From Mobula hypostoma (lineage: Eukaryota), in contig NC_086097.1 in NCBI RefSeq assembly GCF_963921235.1, forward strand, positions 80,602,001 through 80,666,000: a stretch of 64,000 nt of DNA, read 5' to 3'. Below the pieces are notes generated by a model. It saw only the letters and a list, made by a program, of their open reading frames with translations. It searched no databases and had not been told where the DNA came from. Of this stretch, positions 25,140 through 36,500 are shown one piece after another. A program made the position numbers and the translations under genes. Every line of letters starts with the position of its first letter. The stretch's first letter is position 1.

Positions 25140-26603
25140 ATGGTATTGTGCTACAACACCCCCACCCCACCCCAGCCCAGTAGCCACTGGGACATTGAGG
25201 AACAGATATGTAACCAGATGAAGGAAATTAGTAAAATTAATAGGGTTGCTGTCATGGGGGATTTCAACATCCTTAATATAAACTGGGACCTTCTTAAAGT
25301 AAGGGGTTTGGATTCCAGACCTAATCAGTTCCCCTCTACCACCACTCTGCTCCGTCTAGCGGAATTAGTCCTTACTCTTAATAATTTCTCCTTTGGCTCC
25401 TCCCACTTCCTCCAAACTAAAGGTGTAGCTATGGGCACCCGTATGGGTCCTAGCTATGCCTGCCTTTTTGTTGGGTTTGTGGAACAATCTATGTTCCGTG
25501 CCTATTCTGGTATCTGTCCCCCACTTTTCCTTCGCTACATCGACGACTGCATTGGCGCTGCTTCCTGCACGCATGCAGAACTCATTGACTTTATTAACTT
25601 TGCCTCCAACTTTCACCCTGCCCTCAAGTTTACCTGGTCCATTTCCGACACCTCCCTCCCCTTTCTAGATCTTTCTGTCTCTGTCTCTGGAGACAGCTTA
25701 TCCACTGATGTCTACTATAAGCCTACTGACTCTCACAGCTATCTGGACTATTCCTCTTCTCACCCTGTCTCTTGCAAAAACCCCATCCCCTTCTCGCAAT
25801 TCCTCAGTCTCCGCCGCATCTGCTCTCAGGATGAGGTTTTTCATTCTGGGACGAGGGAGATATCTTCCTTTTTTAAAGAAAGGGGCTTCCCTTCCTCCAC
25901 TATCAACTCTGCTCTTAAACGCATCTCCCACATTTCACGTACATCTGCTCTCACTCCATCCTCCCACCACCCCACTAAGAATAGGGTTCCCCTGGTCCTC
26001 ACCTACCACCCCACCAGCCTCCGGGTCCAACATATTATTCTCCGTAACTTCCGCCACCTCCAACGGGATCCCACCACTAAGCACATCTTTCCCTCCCCTC
26101 CTCTCTCTGCATTCCGCAGGGATCACTCCCTACACGACTCCCTTGTCCATTCGTCCCCCCCATCCCTCCCCACTGATCTCCCTCCTGGCACTTATCCGTG
26201 TAAGCGGAACAAGTGCTACACATGCCCTTACACTTCCTCCCTTACCACCATTCAGGGCCCCAAACAGTCCTTCCAGGTGAGGCATCACTTCACCTGTGAG
26301 TCGACTGGGGTGATATACTGTGTCCGGTGCTCCCGATGTGGCCTTTTATATATTGGCAAGACCCGACGCAGACTGGGAGACCGCTTTGCTGAACATCTAT
26401 GCTCTGTCCGCCAGAGAAAGCAGGATCTCCCAGTGGCCACACATTTTAATTCCACATCCCATTCCCATTCTGACATGTCTATCCACAGCCTCCTCTACTG
26501 TAAAGATGAAGCCACACTCAGGTTGGAGGAACAACATCTTATATTCTGTCTGGGTAGCCTCCAACCTGATGGCATGAACATCGACTTCTCTAACTTCCAC
26601 TAA
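25140..26603 (+). CDS. Chimeric ORF: ~58 aa of CR1 APE endonuclease fused in frame to PLE reverse transcriptase-GIY-YIG endonuclease (expression unknown)
   Basis: 487-aa ORF; the N-terminus (...VAVMGDFNILNINWDLLKVRGLD) is CR1 EN and the sequence switches at the TSD to PLE (SRPNQFPSTTTLLRLAELVL...). The confidence refers to the sequence identity, not to function. Confidence 0.7.
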   Translation: MVLCYNTPTPPQPSSHWDIEEQICNQMKEISKINRVAVMGDFNILNINWDLLKVRGLDSRPNQFPSTTTLLRLAELVLTLNNFSFGSSHFLQTKGVAMGTRMGPSYACLFVGFVEQSMFRAYSGICPPLFLRYIDDCIGAASCTHAELIDFINFASNFHPALKFTWSISDTSLPFLDLSVSVSGDSLSTDVYYKPTDSHSYLDYSSSHPVSCKNPIPFSQFLSLRRICSQDEVFHSGTREISSFFKERGFPSSTINSALKRISHISRTSALTPSSHHPTKNRVPLVLTYHPTSLRVQHIILRNFRHLQRDPTTKHIFPSPPLSAFRRDHSLHDSLVHSSPPSLPTDLPPGTYPCKRNKCYTCPYTSSLTTIQGPKQSFQVRHHFTCESTGVIYCVRCSRCGLLYIGKTRRRLGDRFAEHLCSVRQRKQDLPVATHFNSTSHSHSDMSIHSLLYCKDEATLRLEEQHLIFCLGSLQPDGMNIDFSNFH

Positions 26604-27033
26604 GGCCCCACCTCCCCCTCGTACCCCATCTGTTACTCATTTTTATGCACACATTCTTTCTCTCACTCTCCTTTTCCTCCCTCTGTCCCTCTGAATATAC
26701 CTCTTGCCCATCCTCTGGGTCACCCCCCCCCCTTGTCTTTCTTCCCGGACCTCCTGTCCCATGATCCTCTCGTATCCCCTTTTGCCTATCACCTGTCCAG
26801 CTCTCGGCTCTATCCCTCCCCCTCCTGTCTTCTCCTATCATTTTGGATCTCCCCCTCCCCCTCCAACTTTCAAATCCCTTACTCACTCTTCCTTCAGTTA
26901 GTCCTGACGAAGGGTCTCGGCCTGAAACGTCGACTGCACCTCTTCCTACAGATGCTGCTTGGCCTGCTGCGTTCACCAGCAACTTTGATGTATGTTGCTT
27001 GAATTTCCAGCATCTGCAGAATTCCTGTTGTTT
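25314..27033 (+). mobile_element. Penelope-like element (Neptune-like), 5'-truncated, young
   Basis: Perfect 10-bp TSD GGGTTTGGAT (25304-25313, 27034-27043); uninterrupted RT (GVAMGTRMGPSYA, RYIDD), Cys-rich linker (CKRNKCYTC) and GIY-YIG (GVIYCVRCSRCGLLYIGKTRRRLGDRFAEH); hammerhead motif in the 3' region. Confidence 0.95.
26899..26936 (+). ncRNA. Minimal type-I hammerhead ribozyme in PLE 3' end
   Basis: TAGTC-CTGACGA-AGGGTCTCGGCCT-GAAA-CGTC^GACTG: stem I TAGTC/GACTG, CUGANGA and GAAA cores, short stem II, loop-less palindromic stem III (ACGU), GUC cleavage triplet ending at 26931. Confidence 0.82.
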
Positions 27034-28878
27034 GGGTTTGGATGGGGCAGGATTTGTTAAGTGTATCCAGGCGGGTTTTTTAATCAATATGTAGTCAGTC
27101 CAACAAGAGGAGGGGCTGTACTGGACCTGGTAATGAGTAATGAGCCTGGCCAGATGACTGACCTTTCAGAAGGTGAACAGTGACCACAAGTACTTAACTT
27201 TCAGGATAGCTATAGGTAAGGATAGGTATGGTCCTTGCGGGAGAGTTCTAAATTGGAGTGGGGCAAATTATTAGGGCATTAGGCAGGAACTGAGAAGTGT
27301 TAATTGGGAACACCTTTTCTCTGACAAGACCACATCAGACATGTGGAGGGTGTTTAAAGATCAATTGCACAGAGTACAGGAAAGGTGTGTTCCTGTTCGA
27401 AGGAAGGACAAGGATGAAAGATAAGAGAACCTTACATGTCCAGAGAGGTGATGAATTTAGTCAAGAAGGAAAAGAAGAAGTTTGTAAATCTTTTGAAGTT
27501 AGGATCAAATGAAGCACGTGAGGAGTATAAAGAAGGCAGAAAAGAGCAAACGAAGGGAATCAGGAAAGCCAGGAGGGGCCATGAGAGCCCTTGGCAAACA
27601 GGACTGAGGTGAATCCCAAGGCATTCTATACATAAATCAAGAGCAAAAGGATAACTAGGGAGAGGGTAAAAGCACTCAAAGATAAAGGGGGTAACATTTG
27701 CTTGGATGCGGATAATGTGAGTGAGGTTATTCATGAGTACTTTGCCTCAGTATTTATCAAGGTAAAGGATATGAAGGACCAGGAGATCATTGCTGAGCGT
27801 ATAAATATGTTAGAGCATTTAGAGGTCAAGGAGGAGGAAGTGTTGAGGCTCCTAATGAGTATTAAGGTGGATAAGTCCCCAGGGCCTGATGGAATTTACC
27901 ACATTATTGAAGGGGGCAAGAGATGAGATTGCTGAGGCCTTGACCAGTACCTTTGTGTCCTTTTAAAGCAAAGGCAAAGTCCCAGAGGACTGGTGAGTAG
28001 CTAATGCTGTACCTCTATTTAAAAAGGGAACAAGGGAAAATCTTGGAAACTATAGGCCCATGAGTCTCACATCAGTTGTAGGGAAATTGCTGGAGAAAAT
28101 TGTTAGCGATTGGATATATGAACATTTGGAAACCCATGGCCTAATTAGGGAGAGGCAGCATGGCTTTGAGTGGGGTAGGTCATGTCTTACTAACTTGAGT
28201 TAGTGTTTTGACAAGGCGATGAGAGAGATTGGATTGATGAGGGTAGAACAGTGGATGTTGTCTTCATGGATTTTAGAAAAGTATTTGACAAAGTCCCTCA
28301 TGGGAGGCTAATGCAGAAGATTGAGATACATGCAGTGAATTGGCCAGAACAGGCTTGTGAATAGAAGACAGAGGGTAGTGGTTGAAGGGAAGTATTTGAG
28401 TTGGAGATCTGTAATCAGTGGAGTTCCACAGGGATCTGTGCTAGGAGCTCTGCTGTTTGTGATGTATATAAATGACCCGGATGAAAATGTAGATGGGTGG
28501 GTTAGTAAGTTTGTGGCTGATACCAAAATTGGTGGAGTTGTGGATAGTGTAGAAGACTGGTAAAGAATACAGTATCAATCAGTTGCAGATATAGGCAGAG
28601 AAATGGCAGATGGAGTTTAAATGTAAGGTGTTGAGCCTTGGTAGGGAAAATTCAAAGAGACAGTACACAGTTAAGGGCAAGATCCTTAACAGTGTGGCTG
28701 AGCAGAGGGATCTTGGGAATCCAAGTTCATAGCTCCTTGAAAGTGACTACACAGATCAATAGGGTGGTTAAGAAGACTTAAGGAATGCTTGCTTTTATTA
28801 GTTGAGACATTGAATTCAAAAGTCAAGAGGTGATGTTGCAACTTTATAAAACTCTGGTTAGGCCTTACCTGGAGTATT

Positions 28879-29015
28879 GCAATCACAAGCAAGACAAAAT
28901 TTGCAGATGCTGGAAATCCAAGCGACACACACAAAATGCTGGAGGAACTCAGCAGGCCAGGCAGCATCTATGGAAAAGAGTACAGTCGACGTTTCAGGCC
29001 AAGACCCTTCAGCAG
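28879..29015 (-). mobile_element. PLE terminal fragment with partial hammerhead (CUGCUGA core)
   Basis: GCAGATGCTGGAAATCCAAGCGACACACACAAAATGCTGGAGGAACTCAGCAGGCCAGGCAGCATC...CAGTCGACGTTTCAGGCCAAGACCCTTCAGCAG; replaces part of the host CR1. Confidence 0.85.
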
Positions 29016-30484
29016 AGCTCATGAGAGTGTGGACAAACTGGAGTTGTTTTCTCTGGAGTAGCAGAGGTGGGGGGTGGGGGAGATCTGGTCGAGGTTTATA
29101 AGATTATGGGAAGCATAGATAGAGTAGACTGGGAGTACTTGTTTCCCAGGGTAGAGATGTCTGATACCAGAAGGCATGCATTGAAGGTGAGAGGGGGTAG
29201 GTTCAAAGGGACTGTGAGATGTAATTCTCTTACTCAGAGACTGATAGGTATCTTAAGTGCGCTGGCTGGTATGGTAGTAGAGGCAAATACATTAGAGGGT
29301 TTTAAGATATGTTTAGATAGCCACATAAATGTGAGGAAGATGGAGGGATCTGGACATTGTGTACGGAGGAGTTGATTTTTGTGTGTGTTTTGATTTACTT
29401 TTTAGGTGTTTCGCCACAACATTGTGGGTCAAAGGGCCTGTTTCTGTACTGTATTGTTCTATGTTCTATGTTCTGTGTATAGTGGATTATCCAGCCATCA
29501 AGAAAAGTTTGTACTTTTGAGACAAAATCCTTTCAGTTTTGGAACCGGACCAGGCAATTCCTTCAGTACATTTATGAATCCAGCTAAAAATACAGTACTT
29601 GATGGCCAGAGCCAATGTAGCAGCTTCCATTACAGCAAGAGAGAATGAAACAGAGGGAAAGTGAGCTCCCCTAGAACAGTATCCATCAGTAACCATCCCT
29701 GCTCGATGATGGATTTCAAACTGGAATCGGTTGTAAATAATTTAAACTGGAAAGGTCTTAATACATTAAAGTTCATACCTACAATGACCTTGCAACCCCT
29801 GGGTATGTGATTGTGGATGCTGAGCCTATTGGAATATTCAAGATGGATATCTTTTTTTTTGCTGTATAGTGATAACAAGCGACAAGCAAAATGGATGGGA
29901 GAATAAAACATATCGTTCCTAAGGGGCTGAAGAGTTTCTCAAATAATTTTTGGAATATTGTTCCAGTATTCCACTGATCTGAGAAATAGAAATTTTCTGA
30001 AAAATAGGGAATTGACTGTTTTGTTTATGATTCTCAGCACTTCAAGTGAAAGTGTATGGACTGGGAGTTTGATAGTACCACCTCTGCTCCTTGTTCCCTT
30101 GCCTTCTAGGTCCACATTGACCTTGGGTTATCATTTACATGAACAAAGTTCACCCACATCCATGGTTTGACAGCTGAAAAAATCTCCCCTTCACTCCAAA
30201 TGTCTACATTATTAGTGTTTTAAAAACTGACAATATCTCTGATATTCAAAAGTAATTATTGCCTTAATGTTACTTAAAAGCATTAAACATTAAAAAACCT
30301 TTCAAACTAAACTAACATAATTCTATTTATTTGTTAATAGCATCATTAATTCAAGAAATTGTAAATGAACTGAGACTCACCATCTCTCCCATAACTTATT
30401 CTCTCCATAGAAATGAATTAAGTAGCTGAAATTGTACCAACTATTCTGGTGCTAGTTCAGTGGGCAGACTTCCCATTATGACTG

Positions 30485-31405
30485 CAAACACAAGGAAATC
30501 TGCAGATGCTGGAATTTCAAGCAACACACATAGAAGTTGCTGGTGAATGCAGCAGGCCAGGCCCACCGATCTCCCTGCTGGCACTTATCCTTGTAAGCAG
30601 AACAAGTGCTATACATGCCCTTACACTTCCTTCCTTACCACCATTCAGGGCCCCAGACAGTCTTTCCAGGTGAGGCGACACTTCACCTGTAAGTCAGCTG
30701 GGGTGATATACTGCGTCTGGGTCTCCTGATGTGGCCTTCTATATATTGGCGAGACCCGACACAGACTGCGAGATCATTTCACTGAACACCTACGCTCTGT
30801 CCACCAGAGAAAGCAGGATCTCCCAGTGGCCACACATTTCAATTCCACGTCCCATTCCCATTCTGATATGTCTATCCATGGCCTCCTCTACTGTAAAGAT
30901 GAAGCCACACTCAAGTTGGAGGAGCAACACCTTATATTCCGTCTGGATAGCCTCCAACCTGATGGCATGAACATCGACTTCTCTAACTTCTGCTAATGCC
31001 CCACCTCCCCCTCGTACCCCATCCATTATTTATTTATTTATATACTGTACACACATTCTTTTTCTCTCTCTCCTTTTTCTCCCTCTGTCCCTCTCACTAT
31101 ACCCCTTGCCCATCCTCTGGGCTCCCCCCTCCCCCTTTTCTTTCTCCCTAGGCCTCCTGTCCCATGATCCTCTCATATCCCTTTTGCCAATCAACTGTCC
31201 CGCTCTTGTCTCCATCCCTCCCTCTCCTGTCTTCTCCTATCGTTCTGGATCTCCCCCTCCCCCTCCCCCTCCCCCTTTCAAATCTCTTTCTAGCTCTTCT
31301 TTCAGTTAGTCCTGACGAAGGGTCTCGGCCCGAAACATCGACTGTACCTCTTCCTATAGATGCTGCCTGGCCTGCTGCGTTCACCAGTAACTTTTATGTG
31401 TGTTG
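30485..31405 (+). mobile_element. 5'-truncated PLE with an inverted terminal copy at its 5' end
   Basis: 16-bp TSD CTTCCCATTAYGACTG (30469-30484, 31406-31421); 30485-~30562 is the reverse complement of the PLE 3' terminus; ~30563-31405 matches ~26170-26998 (linker, GIY-YIG, 3' region). Confidence 0.93.
31307..31344 (+). ncRNA. Minimal hammerhead ribozyme copy (stem III mutated)
   Basis: TAGTC-CTGACGA-AGGGTCTCGGCCC-GAAA-CATC-GACTG; a G>A change at a CpG breaks the ACGU palindrome. Confidence 0.7.
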
Positions 31406-32824
31406 CTTCCCATTACGACTGTAGGATGAGTTGCAGAAACTTGAGGTCTTTGCTACTGGGCTCCATGCAAAATCCAACATGGGAGCAAAATGAGAGATTG
31501 TTGACGAGCACCTTGCAGGAGACTCGGCACTGGTGTTCATACATGCTTCTTTTCTGCAGTCTGTTTCTTGATGTATGGTTCCATATGGATTTGCCCACTT
31601 CTGCAGATAATCTTGACCAGTGTATAAACATAAATAAAGGCTAAAAAACGTCCACTGTTATTTTTGTTTTGCATCTCATTTTGCTTGCATTGACAAGAGA
31701 AATTATAAGAGCTCAGATTTTTTTCTTCACAGTTCAAGCAAGCTGGCTTCATCTGCCACAAGCAATTTGGAACAAGTCCTTTAAATGGTTCAGATAATGG
31801 ATGAAATAATGAACTGATCAATAACCTACAGCTGCAGTTGTTTGAACATAATTTATTATTTTGATGATAGGGTTAAAATATTCTGCCAGTTGCTTATAAA
31901 TTACTTCTTATGCTATATGGCAGTCTACAATAATGACAAATCATATCTATCATCATTTCATTAAAAGTCCTCTACTTCTTTTTTACCGGATGCCCCAGCT
32001 GCTCAATATATTTTGAATGACCTTCACTTACATAATCACCTAACTTCCCTCAATTAATTAGTTGTCCGTGATTGCATCGAATGTGCAGTACTAATCATCC
32101 CTTGTTCATTTAAATTCGATTACTGACATCTAGTTCTGAAAATACCTAATTTACAAGCAGTGGATAATTTTGGTTAAGGCTGAATGACACAAAAGAAAAA
32201 CAAATTTCAGAGAATCATGTAGTTCCACAAGGTAATAAGAGATTCCAAATGAATGACGTTAACTTTGTTGTGTTGGTAGTACTTTAAGCATAAAGTTTCT
32301 CACTGAGCTCTCTCTAACTTATATGGCTAGATTGACTTCTTCAATCTAAAAGCTCTGCTTAACACAGCTAAGGTGCTGCTGGATAATTCCTAAACAATTT
32401 CTCAGACCCTTCATGGGTGCATTGGTTAAGGACTGCTTAGGTAGAATGCTTTGATTTGATGCTTTAATGAATGTAGAGAAAGATGTTACTGATCATAATG
32501 CCTGTATACATTAGTTATGAATAACGTGAATTTTTAAAATAAGTACTCAACAGACTAATTGGTTTCCTGCCCTAACTTTGTGAATTGTGGAGATGATATC
32601 GAGTGGAGAACTGGGTGAAGTGAATTTAATTCTGATAATTAGTCAAAATGCAAAAACAGCTTGGCAAAATTCTGACTGCAAAAAAAAATTCCCATGAATA
32701 TTCAAATAATTTGGGGTCAATGGAGATAGCTTACTCTTCATTTAGACGTTCATGCAAATTGCATGGTAGGAAATTAATTCTGGAGTTTCTCTTACTTAAT
32801 ATAATTGCCTCCATTTATAGAAAA

Positions 32825-33503
32825 TTAGAACATAGAACAGTACAGCATTTGACAGACCATTTGGCTCACGGTGTTGTGACAACTTTGAAGCCAATTGATA
32901 CTAAATGTCGTCTTCCTGCATATCATCCATATCCCACCATTTCCTTCATATTCATGTGTCTATCTAAAAGCCTTTTTAAGCTCCATCAAACTGCCTGCTT
33001 ACACTATCACCCCTTAAATTCTATACTAGGCACCGACCAGTCTGTGAGTAAAAAAAACCTGCTCCTCACATTGTCTTTAAACCTTCTACTCACACCTTCA
33101 CCCCTGAACCTTAAAAAGCATGTCCTCTGGTGTTTGACGTTTGTACTCTGGGGAGATGATGAGAAGATTGGAATCATCCCTAAGTATCTCAACGTTATTA
33201 AGTGGCCTATCATTAACTGTATACTTTCTCCTTTCATTTGACCTCCCAAAGTGCAACAGCTCATACATGCCCTGGTTAAACTCCATCTGCCACTTCTTTG
33301 TCCATATCTGTAATTTATCTATTTCTTGGTCTATTCTTTTATATTCCTTGATGTTGTGCACAACTCCACCAATCTCAGTGTAATCCACAAAGTACATTTC
33401 TAGCCAGGTCATTCATGCATATCCCAAACAACAGAGGTCCCAGCACCAATCCTCATGGCACATGACTGCCCATCGACCTCTAACCAGAATAATAACCTTC
33501 CAT
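32825..33503 (-). mobile_element. Older CR1 fragment (continues at 37620-37835)
   Basis: ORF 33098-33412 (KWQMEFNQGMYELLHFGRSN); TAGAACATAGAAC tail at ~32826; RT resumes after 37620 (QFSKALNKVFHG). Confidence 0.8.
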
Positions 33504-36500
33504 AGAACATAGAACATAGAACATATAATAGTACAGCACAGTACAGGCCCTTTGGCCCACAATGTTGTGCTGACCCTGAAACCCTGCCTCACATATAACC
33601 CCCCCCACCTTAAATTCCTCCATATACCTGTCTAGTAGTCTCTTAAACTTCACTAACGTATCTGCCTCCACCACTGACTCAGGCAGTGCATTCCACACAC
33701 CAACCACTCTCTGAGTAAAAAACCTTCCTCTAATATCCCCCTTGAACTTCTCACCCCTTACCTTAAAGCCATGTCCTCTTGTATTGAGCAGTGGTGCCCT
33801 GGGGAAGAGGCGCTGGCTATCCACTCTATCTATTCCTCTTATTATCTTGTACACCTCTATCATGTCTCCTCTCATTCTCCTTCTCTCCAAAGAGTAAAGC
33901 CCTAGCTCCCTTAATCTCTGATCATAATGCATGCACTCCAAACCAGGCAGCATCCTGGTAAATCTCCTCTGTACCCTTTCCAATGCTTCCACATCCTTCC
34001 TATAGAGAGGTGACCAGAACTGGACACAGTACTCCAATTGTGGCCTAACCAGAGTTTTATAGAGTTGCATCATTACCTCGCGACTCTTAAACCCTATCCC
34101 TCGACTTATGAAAGCTAACACTCCATGAGCTTTCTTAACCACCCTATCTACCTGTGAGGCAACTTTCAGGGTTCTATGGACATTTACCCCCAGATATCTC
34201 TGCTCATCCACACTACCAAGTGTCCTGCCATTTACTTTGTACTCTGCCTTGGAGTTTGTCCTTCCAAAATGTACCACCTCACACTTCTCCGGGTTGAACT
34301 CCATCTGCCAGGGGGTCAGTGTGGACATGGTGGAGGATTAGAAATACCCGGGGATACGAATTGACAATAAACTGGACTGGTCTAAGAACATTGAGGCTGT
34401 CTACAAGAAGGGTCAGAGCCGTCTCTATTTCCTGAGGAGACAGAGGTCCTTTAACATCTGCCGGATGATGCTGAGGATGTTCTACAAATCTGTGGTGGCC
34501 AGTGCTATCATATTTGCTGTTGTGTGCTGGGGCAGCAGGCTGAGGATAGCAGACACCAATAGAATCAACAAACTCATTCGTAAGGCCAGTGATGTTGTAG
34601 GGATGGAACTGGACTCTCTCACGGTGGTGTCTGAAAAGAGGATGCCGTCTAAGTTGCATGCCATCTTGGTCAATGTCTCCCATCCACTACATAATGTACT
34701 GGGTGGGCACAGGAGTACATTCAGCCAGAGACTCATTCCTCCGAGATGCAGCACAGAGCGTCATAGGAAGTCATTCCTGCCTGTGGCCATCAAACTTTAC
34801 AACTCCTCCCTTGGAGGGTCAGACACCCTGAGCCGATAAGCTGGTCCTGGACTTATTTCATAATTTACTGGCATAATCTACATATTACTATTTAACTATT
34901 TATGGTTCTATTACTAGTTATTATTTATGGTGCAACTGTAACGAAAACCAATTTACCCCAGGATCAATAAAGTATGACTATGACTATGACTATGACTTCT
35001 CAGCCCACTTCTGCATCCTATCAATGTCTCTCTGCAATCTTCGACAATCCTCTACACTATCTACAACACCACCAACCTTGGTGTCGTCTGCAAACTTGCC
35101 AACCCACCCTTCTACCCCTACATCCAGGTCGTTAACAAAAATCATGAAAAGTAGAGGTCCCAGAACAGATCCTTGTGGGACACCACTAGTCACAATCCTC
35201 CAATCTGAATGTACTCCCTCCACCACGACCCTCTGCCTTCTGCAGGCAAGCCAATTCTGAATCCACCTGGCCAAACTTCCCTGGATCCCATGCCTTCTGA
35301 CTTTCTGAATAAGCCTACCGTGTGGAACCCTATCAAATGCCTTATTAAAATCCATATAGATCACATCCACTGCACTACCCTCATCTATATGCCTGGTCAC
35401 CTCCTCAAAGAACTCTACCTGGCTTTTTAGACACGATCAGCCCTTCACAAAGCCATGCTGACTGTCCTTGATCAGTCCATGATTCTTTAAATGCCCATAG
35501 ATCCCATCTCTAAGAATCTTTTTCAACAGCTTTCCCACCACAGACGTAAGGCTCACTGGTCTATAATTACGCGGATTATCCCTACTACCTTTTTTGAATA
35601 AGGGGACAACATTCGCCTCCCTCCAATCCTCCAGTACCATGCCCGTGGACAACGAGGACCTAAAGATCCTAACCAGAGGCTCAGCAATGTCTTCCCTCGC
35701 CTCGTGGAGCAGCCTGGGGAATATTCTGTCAGGCCTCGGGGACTTATCCGTCCTAATGTATTTTAACAACTCCTCTCCCTTAATATCAACATGCTCCAGA
35801 ACATCAACCTTACTCATATTGTCCTCACCAACATCAAGTTCCCTCTCATTGGTGAATACCGAAGAGAAGTATTCCTTGAGGACCTCGCTGACTTCCATAG
35901 CCTCCAGGCACATCTACCCACCTTTATCTCTAATCAGTACTACCTTCACTCCTGTCATCCTTTTGTTCTTCACATAATTGGAGAATGCCTTGGGGTTTTC
36001 CTTTACCCTACTCACCAAGGCCTTCTCATGCCCCCTTCTTGCTCTTCTCAGCCCCTTCTTAAGCTCCTTTCTTGCTACCCTATATTCCTCAATAGACCCA
36101 TCTGATCCTTGTTTCCTAAACCCCATGTATGCTGCCTTCTTCCACCTGACTAGATTTTCCACCTCACTTGTCACCCATGGTTCCTTCACCCTACCATTCT
36201 TTATCTTCCTCACCGGGACAAATTTATCCCTAACATCCTGCAAAAGATCTCTAAACATCGACCACATGTCCATAGTACATTTCCCTGCAAAAACATCACC
36301 CCAATTCACATCCACAAGTTCTCGCCTTACAGCCTCATAATTTGCCTTTCCCCAATTAAAAATTTTCCTGTCCTCTCTGATTCTATCCTTTTCCATGATA
36401 ATGCTAAAGGCCAGGGAGCGGTGGTCACTGTACCCCAGATGCTCACCCACTGAGAGATCTGTGACCTGTCCCAGTTCATTACCTAGTACTAGATCTAATA

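Larger units (their letters stand above)
24790..29474 (+). mobile_element. CR1-type LINE ORF2 (APE endonuclease + RT) plus 3' tail, decayed, interrupted by two PLE insertions
   Basis: LKCVYFSARNIV...WNYDIVAMTETW and VMGDFN (APE); [24 protein letters not shown] (RT); (TGTTCTA)n tail at ~29455-29474. Confidence 0.92.

Noticed and set aside
25140..26603. RT plus nuclease ORF next to a structured RNA as a retron or novel defence system
   Set aside because: Fully explained by a Penelope-like retrotransposon with TSD; the context is a vertebrate-type repeat landscape.
26590..27094. Overlapping ORFs on both strands in the PLE 3' region (SPDEGSRPETST...)
   Set aside because: Shadow translations of the pyrimidine-rich pLTR/hammerhead region; they recur only because the repeat recurs.
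31424..31570. Exon-like frame with in-frame TGA (DELQKLEVFATGLHAKSNMGAK*EIVDEHL...), possible selenoprotein
   Set aside because: No recognisable family, no donor site and no SECIS seen; consistent with chance.
32648..33241. 197-aa ORF
   Set aside because: Mostly antisense to a CR1 3' end plus AT-rich flank; no protein motifs.
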